From positions 1 to 51,168 of IMG/VR virus record IMGVR_UViG_3300006853_000005: 51,168 nt of DNA; one strand, given 5' to 3'. The DNA comes from a virus. Taxonomy: Duplodnaviria; Caudoviricetes. The notes under the pieces were generated by a model. That model was not told the DNA's origin and did no database searches. It worked only from the letters and a program-made list of their open reading frames with translations. Each line of letters starts with the position of its first letter. Position 1 is the stretch's first letter. This document shows, one piece after another, positions 20,001-28,021 of this stretch. Both the position numbers and the translations under genes were made by a program.

Positions 20001-20466
20001 CGCCAACGCCGACACCACCGCGCAGGTCGCCCGGTTCGCCGGCACCTACCACGACGTGACCAACCTTCCCGTGCGCTGGGGCCGCTACATCTCGCTCTCA
20101 GCGCAAGACATCGCCTACCCCGCCACCAAGGTCCCCTACGACGACTCGGTGGCGATGTACTTCGGATGGAAGCAAGACGACTGGACCAGCGTGGCCAGCC
20201 CGGGGACCGAGATCGGCGAGCCCGACACGACGACCGGCGACGATCAGGGCCTGGTGTGGGGCTACACCATCCAGACCACCGCCACCGACATCGCCGCCGG
20301 GTCGTTCGTCGTCACCGGGGGGGCCGCAGCGGTCACGGTCGGCGGGGTGCTCGTGTTCCACCCCGACGTGCAGACCTTCACCGTCACGCGCTCGGCCAAT
20401 GGCGTCACCAAGTCCCACGCCGCCGGCACCGCCGTCGCGCTCGCCGACCCCATGACCGCGGCCTGA
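17068..20466 (+). CDS. large minor tail/baseplate protein (1132 aa) with lectin-like beta domains
   Basis: Follows TMP; ITRG..LDNRDGELTP N-terminus, YFPLED LamG-like start, FTVTRSANGVTKSHAAG C-terminus. Confidence 0.8.
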   Translation: MATPALPITGLIEAALGADLDGDERTWTYTALTRSGKTRLLDRTSAVITRGQADERNGIEPATFSALLDNRDGELTPGRATSTLYPFFDLGCQIRYSLTNVGVPHLLTTGAATSRAGTVDHADFPTGDWFVGVEVEAPFYFPPTGSAYEIAGKFNVTGGQRSLLLYMLDDGTLRIRSSPDGTAEVNNASTIPLPRPIAGTFAFATWYDVANGGNRVMTVYAARTLDAILADPAGTVHETVTTAGTTSVFNSTATFDVGDVTGSGFAPFPGHYRRVEVRAGDSTGTVVTNPDFTIQTPGATSFADTAPNPKTWTVGALGLIERKQVRFVGQITSITPEWPDGDGAETAAVKIEASGELERFQRDETPLRSAIYRTVTAPRYAANIHDYFPLEDGRDATSAFAAIGGGPGGVAMNLASDDSLVSSGPLPSIGGGQPYGWNLTLSGTAPTSGWSAHWFLNLATVPAGGEFLDQRLDTTGGTTTQWIVRMDSGGYTLYAKDEAETNVLVDPIALGSDVYGDWLMVTLTVAQDGADIDYGVTFTHLGGGGGGAGGTLAGYTLGSPVRARSLDDQAPSDGFSWGHLVISSGLTTSFLVPADTGYLGETAAARIARLCDEAGIPYVVEGDDSAPVGPQRPVKLTQLLTDAAEADGGVLVELPNTRGIGYRTRASLLNQTPVFAVAADLNLGLDLKPVRDNQRTVNDFTASRTDGSSFHATDPDHIAKMRRYPDGTEVNVAYDWQLPYVAGRHLAAGTVAELRYPRVPVNLVADSAMHDAWLGAGPGDIFEITGLAAGTHPAATVPLILEGSTETISSTGWDLGLDNSPGSLWDAGVVDEDRADTAGSELAVAIDDNDTSLSVATTVWPPWRSVAGGASLPFGIAAGGEEMSVTDLDDIVATFGAVGTASHAVNASVTPGAPASVAAGNLLILFAAIRNTGAGTVNTPSGWERWPVFTETDNVAVFARIAQSGGEAMPTVTFSGGIANADTTAQVARFAGTYHDVTNLPVRWGRYISLSAQDIAYPATKVPYDDSVAMYFGWKQDDWTSVASPGTEIGEPDTTTGDDQGLVWGYTIQTTATDIAAGSFVVTGGAAAVTVGGVLVFHPDVQTFTVTRSANGVTKSHAAGTAVALADPMTAA

Positions 20467-20475
20467 GGAGGAACC

Positions 20476-20916
20476 GTGCCCATCCTGTCCGGTGACATCG
20501 TCACCGCCGCGACCCTCAACCGGCTGCAGACCAAGAGCTACCACGCCGACGCCACGTCGGCGGTGGGCCCGTCGGTGACCGACACCGACGTGCCCGGCGC
20601 GACGATCACGTTCAACACCGAGACCGACGGCGCCACGTTCGTCGCGACCGGCGACTACGACTTCGACTACTCGGGCGCCGCGACGGCGCTCGAGCAGGGA
20701 AAGCTCGTCGTCGACGGCGCCATCCAGGCCGGCACAGCGAACTGCCAGGACAACAGCTCAGGTGCCAACGACCGCCGCACCCACTCCCGGACATGGCACG
20801 GGACGCTCGCCACCGCGGGGTCCCACACGATCAAGCTGACCGTCACCCTCGGGTCGGGCATCACGGTCAACGCCACCCACACCGGCATCACGGTGCGGAT
20901 CGACGAGGTGGTCTGA
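20476..20916 (+). CDS. minor tail protein
   Basis: SGDIVTAATLN N-terminal motif; beta-rich; GAGGAG RBS. Confidence 0.75.
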   Translation: MPILSGDIVTAATLNRLQTKSYHADATSAVGPSVTDTDVPGATITFNTETDGATFVATGDYDFDYSGAATALEQGKLVVDGAIQAGTANCQDNSSGANDRRTHSRTWHGTLATAGSHTIKLTVTLGSGITVNATHTGITVRIDEVV

Positions 20917-21893
20917 TGCCCACTGTCTCGGAGAACGTCGACCTCCCAGGCAGTGTCGACCCCACCCGCTGTGTCGTCGAGCTCCAGCTCTACCAGGCCG
21001 ACAACACGCCCCTGCTCGAGGCGCGGCGCACATCGGACGGAGCGACGATCGCCGGCCGCCGGGTCGTCGCCCTCGACGCGACCGGATCGTGGTCGCAGGT
21101 TCTCGACGGGAACGCCGGGCTCACCCCATCGGGCACGGTGTGGGGCCGGCGGCTGAGCGCCCCGAGCGTCGGGCCCACCCTCTCCTACGCGACCGTGCCG
21201 ACCTCGGGCGGGCCGTTCAGCTGGAAGGCGATCGAGACCGACCCGCCCGGAGCACTCACGTCCTCGGCGCTCGAGGTCGGGCTGGCGACCAAGGTCGACC
21301 GGGACGGCGACACCATGACCGGCCCACTCGTCGTCAACGCCGACGTCACGATCACCGGCGAGATCCTCACCGGTGCCCTCCCGAACCCGGCCACGTTCGG
21401 TGGGATCGAGCGCGAGGGCCGGGTGTGGACGTCGGGGATGATGACCAGCCCGACGGCGGTCATGAACTTCGGGGACGGATTCCCCCGGGTCAACATGCCC
21501 GCCGACGTCACGACCGACGTCTACACGATCTTCGAGGTGGAGGAGTGGTGGCTCGACTCGACGATCGGCGTCTACTTCGAGTGGTGCAATGACCATTCGG
21601 CGACCGGTGACGTGCGGTTCGACTGCCAGATCAAGGAGTGCGACATCGCCACCGAAACACTCGCCGCTGCGGGTGTGATCGCCACGAGGACGTTCACGGC
21701 GACGACCTTGGCGGCGAACACGCCGACGACGAGCATCGTGGGCTCGGTAGCCAACGGGAACCCGATCACGTTCGACCCGGGCCTGTTCGCCAGCTTCTAC
21801 GTGCTGCGCATCTCCCGTCTCGGCGCGGATGCGGCCGACACGCTCCCGGGACCGGTCGGGTTGATCGCCGCGTCGATGACGAGGGGGCAGTGA
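20916..21893 (+). CDS. minor tail/receptor-binding protein
   Basis: TGATG coupling; KVDRDGDTMTGPL tail-fibre motif. Confidence 0.75.
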   Translation: MPTVSENVDLPGSVDPTRCVVELQLYQADNTPLLEARRTSDGATIAGRRVVALDATGSWSQVLDGNAGLTPSGTVWGRRLSAPSVGPTLSYATVPTSGGPFSWKAIETDPPGALTSSALEVGLATKVDRDGDTMTGPLVVNADVTITGEILTGALPNPATFGGIEREGRVWTSGMMTSPTAVMNFGDGFPRVNMPADVTTDVYTIFEVEEWWLDSTIGVYFEWCNDHSATGDVRFDCQIKECDIATETLAAAGVIATRTFTATTLAANTPTTSIVGSVANGNPITFDPGLFASFYVLRISRLGADAADTLPGPVGLIAASMTRGQ

Positions 21894-21894
21894 C

Positions 21895-22425
21895 ATGACG
21901 GTCTCACTGGCCGGACCGGCTACCGGTTCGACGCTCACGGGTCACGACGCCCTCTACGTCTATCCGGCAGACATGCAGCACAACGGCACGCTGATATCTG
22001 GGAGCGGAGCGGACACGGGGCTCCCGCGGATAACTCTCGCTGACGCCGCGACACAGCGGGTCAAGTGGGTGTGGGCCATCCCCGTCCGGTGGGCGGCCAT
22101 CGCCGTGCGCTGGTCGGCCATCCCCGAGGTCGGCACCGGCGGAAACGTCAAATGGCAGTTCGCGTACAAGCTCATCCACCTCGGCGAGGGCAACGTCGAC
22201 GGTGCTGTCACCACCGTGTCGATAGCGGCGCAGGACGCGACGGGCGCCGCCGACTGGAAGTACCTGACCCCCTCGGAGGTCGCGTCGATCGACACACCGG
22301 CCGGCTTCTTCGGCGACGCCCCGTTCATGTTGTGCTCGCTGTCCCGCCTCGGAGCCGACGGTACCGACACCCTGGCCGGCGGTGTGTCGGTGGGCGTGGC
22401 GACAGCGACCAGAGCAGACCTTTGA
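21895..22425 (+). CDS. minor tail protein paralogous to the C-terminal domain of the previous gene
   Basis: SRLGADGTDTLAG vs SRLGADAADTLPG; GLPRITL vs GFPRVNM. Confidence 0.7.
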   Translation: MTVSLAGPATGSTLTGHDALYVYPADMQHNGTLISGSGADTGLPRITLADAATQRVKWVWAIPVRWAAIAVRWSAIPEVGTGGNVKWQFAYKLIHLGEGNVDGAVTTVSIAAQDATGAADWKYLTPSEVASIDTPAGFFGDAPFMLCSLSRLGADGTDTLAGGVSVGVATATRADL

Positions 22426-22451
22426 GGACACCCCCCGATGGCGAGGAACCG

Positions 22452-22595
22452 ATGACCCACGAGCACACCCCCGGTGGCGAAGCCGACGGCGGACCGGAGA
22501 ACGACGACGCGCTCCCCGACGCCCGGTCTATCCCTGTCGCGGAGGGGCCCGACGACCTCGACCCCGTCGAGCACCCCGACGAGTGGGAGGGCTGA
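22452..22595 (+). CDS. small acidic protein (47 aa)
   Basis: GAGGA RBS; stop overlaps the endolysin ATG (TGATG). Confidence 0.55.
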   Translation: MTHEHTPGGEADGGPENDDALPDARSIPVAEGPDDLDPVEHPDEWEG

Positions 22596-23401
22596 TGGCG
22601 CGCATCGTCATCCAGGCCGGCCACTACCCCCGCACCTCCGGGGCCACAGGCACGGGCGGCCGTGACGGCGACCCGACCGAGCAGGAGTTCAACATCGCCG
22701 CCGCGAGGGCCTGCGCTCGCCGGCTCGCCGAGGTCGGCCACCAAGGCGTGGTGATCAACGCCGACGTGCCCGACGCCAGCTACCGCGGCGACGCGTTCGT
22801 GGCGATCCACTGCGACGGCTCGACGAGCTCGTCGGCACGTGGCGCGTCTGTCGGGTACCGCACCGCCGAGGGCCAGGCGTTCGCTGGGGCGTTCAAGCGG
22901 GCGTACCAGGCCGCGGGCTGGTCGGGTGGGTGGCGGCCGGACAACTACACCGCCGCGCTCGCCGGGTACTACGGCACCAAGCGGGCCGTCGCCCAGGGTG
23001 TCCGGCGGGCGTTCGTCGCCGAGGCCGGGTTCCTCACCAACCCCGCCGACGAGGCCCAGCTCTCGCTGCCGGGCGGACCCGACCGGTTCGCCCGTGCTCT
23101 CACCGCCGCGGTCGTCGCGACCTTCGGCGTGCCCCACCAGGAGGACGACTTCGACATGACCCCAGCCGAGCGCACCAAGCTCATCGACGACATCGCCAAG
23201 AAGGTCCACCAGCGCCTCGACGCCGAGGGCTTCGACCCCGCCACGGCCCGCGGGTCGGTGATCCGCAAGGCCACCGTGGGGCTCGTCGCCCAGGGGATCG
23301 ACGCTCAGCTCGAAGAAGACGGGGAGCTGCACGCGCGTCTCGCCCGGCTCGAGGCCAAGATCGACGCTCTCGCGGGTCCCGATGCCAGCCCCACGGTGTG
23401 A
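22595..23401 (+). CDS. endolysin, N-acetylmuramoyl-L-alanine amidase (Amidase_3)
   Basis: IVIQAGH, EQEFN, FVAIHCDG, FVAEAGFLTN zinc-binding/catalytic motifs. Confidence 0.9.
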   Translation: MARIVIQAGHYPRTSGATGTGGRDGDPTEQEFNIAAARACARRLAEVGHQGVVINADVPDASYRGDAFVAIHCDGSTSSSARGASVGYRTAEGQAFAGAFKRAYQAAGWSGGWRPDNYTAALAGYYGTKRAVAQGVRRAFVAEAGFLTNPADEAQLSLPGGPDRFARALTAAVVATFGVPHQEDDFDMTPAERTKLIDDIAKKVHQRLDAEGFDPATARGSVIRKATVGLVAQGIDAQLEEDGELHARLARLEAKIDALAGPDASPTV

Positions 23402-23419
23402 GGCCCCGGCCGGTGAGAT

Positions 23420-23635
23420 GTGAACTGGGATCGCCTGGCGGCAGCGTGGCCGCTCCTGCGCGACGTGGCGTGCGTGGTGGTCGCCCTCGGCGGGCTGATC
23501 TACGAGGCCACCCGCAGCGGCGACGTGCGCCCCGAGCTGATCCTCGCATGGGTCGGTCTGCTGGGGTCGCCGGTGTTCCTGCGCAAGGACGCCCAGGAAC
23601 GCGACGAGCCCGAGGCCCGGGAGGCTGACCGGTGA
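23420..23635 (+). CDS. membrane protein, holin candidate
   Basis: Two hydrophobic segments and a charged tail; follows the endolysin. Confidence 0.65.
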   Translation: MNWDRLAAAWPLLRDVACVVVALGGLIYEATRSGDVRPELILAWVGLLGSPVFLRKDAQERDEPEAREADR

Positions 23636-23712
23636 TCCTGGCCCGGAACCGGTACCTCATCGCCTGGTGGGCGGCCGTCCTCTACGGGATCGCGGTGGTG
23701 GCGTGGCGGTGA
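23632..23712 (+). CDS. 26-aa single-TM peptide (not in the ORF track)
   Basis: VILARNRYLIAWWAAVLYGIAVVAWR*; GTGA overlaps at both ends. Confidence 0.6.
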   Translation: MILARNRYLIAWWAAVLYGIAVVAWR

Positions 23713-23984
23713 ACCGTCTCGCCACGTGGGTGCGGGCCCGCCTGGCGTGGCTGCGGTTCGCTGCGTGGGTCGGTGCGGTCGGCACCGCCGCCCTGCTGTT
23801 CCGCAACGACCAGGACCAGGACACCGAACGCTGCCAGGCCCGCAACGACTCGATCCGGGTGGCGGCGCTGACTGTCGCCGGCTGGCTGGTCGACCAGTCC
23901 CCTGACGCCCCGCCCGCCCGGGTCGAAGCCGCGCTCGCTGACCTGAACGAGCGGCTCGATGCCGCCGACCTCGACTGCACGTGA
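23709..23984 (+). CDS. single-TM membrane protein of the lysis cassette
   Basis: GTGA coupling; TM FAAWVGAVGTAALLF; two Cys in the soluble part. Confidence 0.65.
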   Translation: MNRLATWVRARLAWLRFAAWVGAVGTAALLFRNDQDQDTERCQARNDSIRVAALTVAGWLVDQSPDAPPARVEAALADLNERLDAADLDCT

Positions 23985-24193
23985 CGGACAACGAGGAGGA
24001 CAACATGCGTGAGCTGATCTCCCGGGCCGGTGCCCGGATCGGCAACTGGAACGACCGACGGTTCCCCTACGCCAGCGAGAACGCCGACACCTACCGTCGG
24101 TGGAAGCGGGTGGACCGGATCGTGAGCTGGCTCTACACACTGCCCGACCGGCGCCGGGGTGACGGGCTGTTCAGGAAGATCGGGGCGGCGTGA
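23981..24193 (+). CDS. hypothetical protein
   Basis: Coupled ORF with high GC3. Confidence 0.6.
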   Translation: MTDNEEDNMRELISRAGARIGNWNDRRFPYASENADTYRRWKRVDRIVSWLYTLPDRRRGDGLFRKIGAA

Positions 24194-24429
24194 TGTTCTG
24201 GACCAAGGTTCGTGTGCTGCTGGCCGCGCTGCCGGCGCAGCTCGCTGCGGTCCAGTCGCTGCTGACCGTGTTGGCGGTGGAGGTGATCCCGTTGCTGCCC
24301 GAGCACCTGGCCGTCCGTGCCGGCGCGATCGTCGCTGTCGCTGCCGGGTGGATCGCCACCGCAGCCGCCGTGGTGTCCCGTGTGACCCCGGTGTCGCCGG
24401 CGAGACAGGGACTGCTACCCCCGCCGTAG
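24190..24429 (+). CDS. holin-like two-TM protein
   Basis: Two hydrophobic helices, SRVTPV C-terminal motif; last gene of the late operon. Confidence 0.7.
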   Translation: MMFWTKVRVLLAALPAQLAAVQSLLTVLAVEVIPLLPEHLAVRAGAIVAVAAGWIATAAAVVSRVTPVSPARQGLLPPP

Positions 24430-24440
24430 ACCCCCCCCAG

Positions 24441-24484
24441 CGGCGTTCGCCCCCGGCCTCAGGGTCGGGGGCGTTCGTCGTTTT
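24441..24484 (+). terminator. intrinsic terminator at the end of the late operon
   Basis: cgcccccggcc-tcag-ggtcgggggcg stem with outer cggcg/cgtcg, followed by TTTT; lies where the late and leftward operons converge. Confidence 0.8.
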
Positions 24485-24488
24485 CTAC

Positions 24489-24794
24489 CTAAGGGCCTGG
24501 TTCGGCGGATCCTCGCGAGGAACCCGGCGGCCGGGTGCCGAAGAGGCGTTGGGCGTTCTCCACCGGGTCGCCCGGGTGGGCCATGACCCACTCGACCGCT
24601 CGACGGTGAGGGCACCTATCGTCATGGGTGACCGGTTCGCTGACCGACTCGCCCGTGCAGAGGGTGCAGTACGGGTCGCCCGACGTCTCGCCGGCGGCGA
24701 TCGGGTACTGGGCGGCCAGGTCCCGGACGATGGCCTCCAGCGGGCCGAGCCGCTCGACCTCGGCCTCTAGCCAGCGCTGCTGCTCCACCCTCAT
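24489..24794 (-). CDS. hypothetical protein (CxxC..H..C..H)
   Basis: ATGA-coupled leftward operon; PYCTLC...HDDRCPH. Confidence 0.65.
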   Translation of the reverse strand: MRVEQQRWLEAEVERLGPLEAIVRDLAAQYPIAAGETSGDPYCTLCTGESVSEPVTHDDRCPHRRAVEWVMAHPGDPVENAQRLFGTRPPGSSRGSAEPGP

Positions 24795-25096
24795 CGGTCT
24801 GTCTCCGGGGCTTGGAGGCTCCGCAGGTAGGTCAGCTCATCTGCGGTGAGGTGGTCGAGGTGCATGTCGAGCACCCCGCCGTCGAGGTCCGCGTACCACT
24901 GCATGCCGTTGTGCTCGGCCGCCGGCTCGTTGACCAGCTTGCGCAGGATGGCCTCCTGCCGCTCGACGACGTCGGCGGCCTCGACTAGCAGCGAGGCGGG
25001 GCTGTCGGGGCCGAACGTCTTGCCGGGGGCGTCCCACCACCACGGCTGGTCGTCCCAGTCGGCGGCGCCGCGCAGTCGACTCGGCAGGTCGCTCAT
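24791..25096 (-). CDS. hypothetical protein
   Basis: MSDLPSRLR..LLVEAADVVE, a common phage small-protein pattern; coupled. Confidence 0.7.
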   Translation of the reverse strand: MSDLPSRLRGAADWDDQPWWWDAPGKTFGPDSPASLLVEAADVVERQEAILRKLVNEPAAEHNGMQWYADLDGGVLDMHLDHLTADELTYLRSLQAPETDR

Positions 25097-25311
25097 CGGT
25101 CTGTTGCCCCGGCGGGATCGGCGGCAGGCCAGAGGGTGACCGTTGCCTCGTAGCGGCCGATCACGGGCGCCACCTGCACGCTGATCGTGTGGTTGATGTC
25201 GCTGCGGATGAACCGCCGCACCACTGCGTCGACGTCCTCGACGTCGAGGACGTCGGGTGCCGGGCCCTTGATGGTCATGGTCACCGACGTCAGCTCGTCG
25301 TAGCTGCCCAT
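25093..25311 (-). CDS. hypothetical protein
   Basis: GGAG RBS, high GC3, coupled. Confidence 0.6.
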   Translation of the reverse strand: MGSYDELTSVTMTIKGPAPDVLDVEDVDAVVRRFIRSDINHTISVQVAPVIGRYEATVTLWPAADPAGATDR

Positions 25312-25354
25312 CACTCCGCCTCCGTGGTGTTGGTGCCCCCGGGGGATACGGCGG

Positions 25355-25861
25355 TCATGCTGCGACGGTCCCGACATCGATGCCCTCGGCGTCGAACCCT
25401 TCGGCAGCGGTGGCGACCTTGTGCTTGCGGGCCAGCTCCAGTCCGCAGCGCATCGCGAGCGCCCGGTCCGAGAGGGTCCCGGCCTTCACCTCCATCTCGT
25501 CGATCAGCATGACGAGCGCCCCGAGGTCGACGTGCAGCCACAGGCTCATCTGCTGGGCGCCGTCCTTGCGCCGCAGCGAGTACGCGGACGGCATCGTGAC
25601 CGTGCCCTCGGGCGCGGGGATGGTGACGACCGTGTTCTTGAGCCGGCGCGAGATCGCCTTGCGGTGCCCGACCGCCTCGGCGGCGTCGCGGACGCTCGCC
25701 GCCCACATCTGACCGCCGGCTTCGAGCGCCGCGAGCTCGTCCTGACGACGACCCGCGGCGGCAACATGATCGACCCGCCCGTCAGGCAGCCGGCACCGGG
25801 CGATCGCCTCGTCCTCGATGGCACGGACGATCTCCTGCTCGACCCGTCCGAGCCGGCTCAC
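25355..25861 (-). CDS. hypothetical protein
   Basis: GTG at 25861 overlaps the stop of the ParB-like gene; GGAG RBS. Confidence 0.7.
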   Translation of the reverse strand: MSRLGRVEQEIVRAIEDEAIARCRLPDGRVDHVAAAGRRQDELAALEAGGQMWAASVRDAAEAVGHRKAISRRLKNTVVTIPAPEGTVTMPSAYSLRRKDGAQQMSLWLHVDLGALVMLIDEMEVKAGTLSDRALAMRCGLELARKHKVATAAEGFDAEGIDVGTVAA

Positions 25862-26640
25862 GACTCCACCACCTTCAGGTGGCGCCGACCCTGGCGGAAC
25901 GAGGACAGCCAGGCGACGATCTCGTCGACCTTCTCCATGGTCAGGTCCGAATGGGGATGACGCTGGGCGCCGTCCCACGCGACCTCCGGGTCGATGTCCT
26001 TGAGCGTCCGCCACACCTCGCGCAGCGCCTTCGAGACGTCCCGGTAGGCGGGCCCGTTGGTCAGCTCGGGCACGTTCTCGGCCAAGTGCTGGCCGACCGC
26101 ATCGAGGTCCGGGTCGGCCTCGTTGGCGATCTCGCCGGCCTGCGGGTCGACGCCAACGAGAGGGGCTTCTCGCGCCAGGGCAGGGCGTCGCGTCGGCTCG
26201 GGGCGCGTGGCAGGACGGGCCTTGCCGTCGAGGCCTCGCACCGTCTCGGGCTGCTTCAACTGTCCGGCTCCGGACAGTTGGGTGAGGTCGTCCTGGATCG
26301 TCGACTTCGAGACACCGAGGGCGCCACCGATCGCTCGGACGCTGTGCCCCTCGCTCCGCAGGTCGGCGACGACCTCTCGCCGCTGGTCGAGCGGTAGCTG
26401 ACGTCTGTCCTCGTTGAGGGTGCGGGCCAGCTCAAGCGCCTCGTCCTCGCTGCGGACCCGGCGCACTTCGATCTTGGGGCGCTGGCCCAGCTCTTGGGCG
26501 ATGCGCTGCCGATGGTGGCCGTCGATGACCCGGCCGGCCTGGTCGGTGACGATCGGGTAGATCACACCCCACCGGCGGATGCTGGATCGGAGCGCCGCTT
26601 CGACGGCAGGTTCGAGGTCGGGATAGAGCTGGTAGCTCAC
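25858..26640 (-). CDS. ParB/Srx N-terminal domain protein with HTH
   Basis: LRSSIRRWGVIYPIV..VIDGHHR, LNEDRRQL, SVRAIGGALGVSKSTIQDD. Confidence 0.85.
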   Translation of the reverse strand: MSYQLYPDLEPAVEAALRSSIRRWGVIYPIVTDQAGRVIDGHHRQRIAQELGQRPKIEVRRVRSEDEALELARTLNEDRRQLPLDQRREVVADLRSEGHSVRAIGGALGVSKSTIQDDLTQLSGAGQLKQPETVRGLDGKARPATRPEPTRRPALAREAPLVGVDPQAGEIANEADPDLDAVGQHLAENVPELTNGPAYRDVSKALREVWRTLKDIDPEVAWDGAQRHPHSDLTMEKVDEIVAWLSSFRQGRRHLKVVES

Positions 26641-26849
26641 GACGCGACCTCTTCGACAAACAGGTCGCCGGGTTCGATGTCGAGCCGGTCGGCGAGCCTC
26701 GACAGGATCTCGACGGTGGGGCCGTTCATCCCGCGCTCGTAGTTGATGATGCTGTTGAAGCTGCGCCCGATGTCGAGGGCGAGCTGCTCTCGGGAGACGC
26801 CTGCACGTTCGCGTGCGGCTCGGAGAGCGGGGCCGGAGAAACGCTGCAT
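26637..26849 (-). CDS. XRE-family HTH regulator
   Basis: LRAARERAGVSREQLALDIGRSFNSIINYERG. Confidence 0.9.
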   Translation of the reverse strand: MQRFSGPALRAARERAGVSREQLALDIGRSFNSIINYERGMNGPTVEILSRLADRLDIEPGDLFVEEVAS

Positions 26850-26888
26850 CGCGTACCTCTGATTCCTGTTCAGGTTCCGCCCTGCCTA

Positions 26889-26911
26889 TGTGACCTCCGC
26901 CGGTAGTCACA
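26889..26911. promoter_or_regulatory. palindromic operator candidate TGTGAC-N11-GTCACA upstream of the XRE-ParB operon
   Basis: Perfect 6-bp inverted repeat in the intergenic region. Confidence 0.45.
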
Positions 26912-26937
26912 CTACTACAGCGAACGTGGGTTCGGCG

Positions 26938-27096
26938 TCAGCGCTTTCGCCGCTGTTCCTCGGCCGCTTCCTCGATCGCTACCTCAGCCTCGATCGCAGC
27001 TTCGAGCCACGCCTTGAACGTGACCCCCTTGCGTGCCGCCGCGGCCTTGGCCCGGCGGTGCAGCTCGTCGTCGATCACGTAGGCGATGTGCCCCAC
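26938..27096 (-). CDS. ribbon-helix-helix/HicB-like DNA-binding protein
   Basis: HIAYVIDDELHRRAKAAAARKGVTFKAWLEAAI. Confidence 0.8.
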   Translation of the reverse strand: MGHIAYVIDDELHRRAKAAAARKGVTFKAWLEAAIEAEVAIEEAAEEQRRKR

Positions 27097-27257
27097 GTCC
27101 GGTGGTCTATCGGCGGATCGCACCGCGAGCGAGTATCGCACTGCTCACACCGCGAACAGTGCGGGCACTGTGATGGCGAGGTACCGTCGCCAGAACGATC
27201 AGTGCCCCGGCCGGCGCCGAACACGCTGACCGGGGCTGACCACCCCGGGAGGTGGCC

Positions 27258-27431
27258 ATGCCCAAACCCTACGAGCCCCCGTCCGACGCCGAGACCGAAG
27301 CGCAGCTCCTCGACCAGCTCCCCCGCATCCGGGCGAAGGTCGACCGGCTCGACCAGTTCGCCGACGCCGACTGCATGCAGGCCGCCCACGACCTGTACGT
27401 GTCCCTCCGCGAGACCCTGGGGTTGTCGTGA
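27258..27431 (+). CDS. hypothetical protein, 57 aa (not in the ORF track)
   Basis: GGAGG RBS, ATG 27258, high GC3, GTGA overlap with the next gene. Confidence 0.7.
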   Translation: MPKPYEPPSDAETEAQLLDQLPRIRAKVDRLDQFADADCMQAAHDLYVSLRETLGLS

Positions 27432-27829
27432 CCGGGCCCGTCGACCTTGTCCACCGGGCCACCCGGGCCCAGGGCTGGCGCTACGACGGCGACGCCGACC
27501 GCGAGCAGCTGTTCAAGTGGGTGATCTCCGCCGGCGGCGAAGCGGCGACCACGCATGACGGGCTGCTGGTGAAGACCCCGGTGAAGTGGGCGCCCGTCCA
27601 ACCCGGCTGGTGGGTCGTCCGCGGGGTGATCGGCCAGTTCTTCGTGATCCAACCCGAGGTGTACACCGGCTCCTACGACCGGGCCGAGCCGCTCGGGTTC
27701 GGGGCCGACCTGTCCCTGTCGGACGGTCAGGTCCGGGCGTTGCGCACCGCCGCCCACGAGACCGCGGATGTGCGCAAGCTCCGCGAGATCGTCGACCAGA
27801 TCGCCGCCGCTGCGCTCGAGCGCGGGTGA
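27428..27829 (+). CDS. hypothetical phage protein
   Basis: VQPGWWVVRGVIGQFFVIQPEVYTGSYD resembles the common phage PGDWI..GE.YP.KPD.F..TY motif. Confidence 0.75.
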   Translation: MTGPVDLVHRATRAQGWRYDGDADREQLFKWVISAGGEAATTHDGLLVKTPVKWAPVQPGWWVVRGVIGQFFVIQPEVYTGSYDRAEPLGFGADLSLSDGQVRALRTAAHETADVRKLREIVDQIAAAALERG

Positions 27830-27841
27830 GAGGATGGACGG

Positions 27842-28021
27842 GTGGTGAAGCGCCGGATCGTGGACGGCTTGGAGTGGGCGTGCACCCTGTCGCACCCGCT
27901 CTTGCATCGGCGCCCGTTCCTGTGGTGCGGCCGGGTCTGTTGGCTCTCGTTGTGGTCCTACAGCCTCGACCAGCGCTGGCACACCGGCCGCTGGGTCGAG
28001 AACGTCACACCCCGCTCGTAG
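27842..28021 (+). CDS. Trp/Cys-rich hypothetical protein, 59 aa (not in the ORF track)
   Basis: AGGA upstream; VVKRRIVDGLEWAC...DQRWHTGRWVENVTPRS*. Confidence 0.5.
   Translation: MVKRRIVDGLEWACTLSHPLLHRRPFLWCGRVCWLSLWSYSLDQRWHTGRWVENVTPRS

Noticed and set aside
20916-22425. Diversity-generating retroelement or invertible tail-fibre shufflon
   Set aside because: No reverse transcriptase, no near-identical template/variable repeats, and no inverted repeats seen around the tail genes
551-23332. Long antisense and alternate-frame ORFs (e.g. 551-2005 -, 1878-3578 -, 15787-18687 -, 18510-20495 +)
   Set aside because: Shadow ORFs expected at high GC; they are Arg/Pro/Gly-rich, overlap well-supported genes and show no motifs
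25858-26640. Plasmid-prophage partition system
   Set aside because: No ParA or parS array seen, and the phage has an integrase and attP
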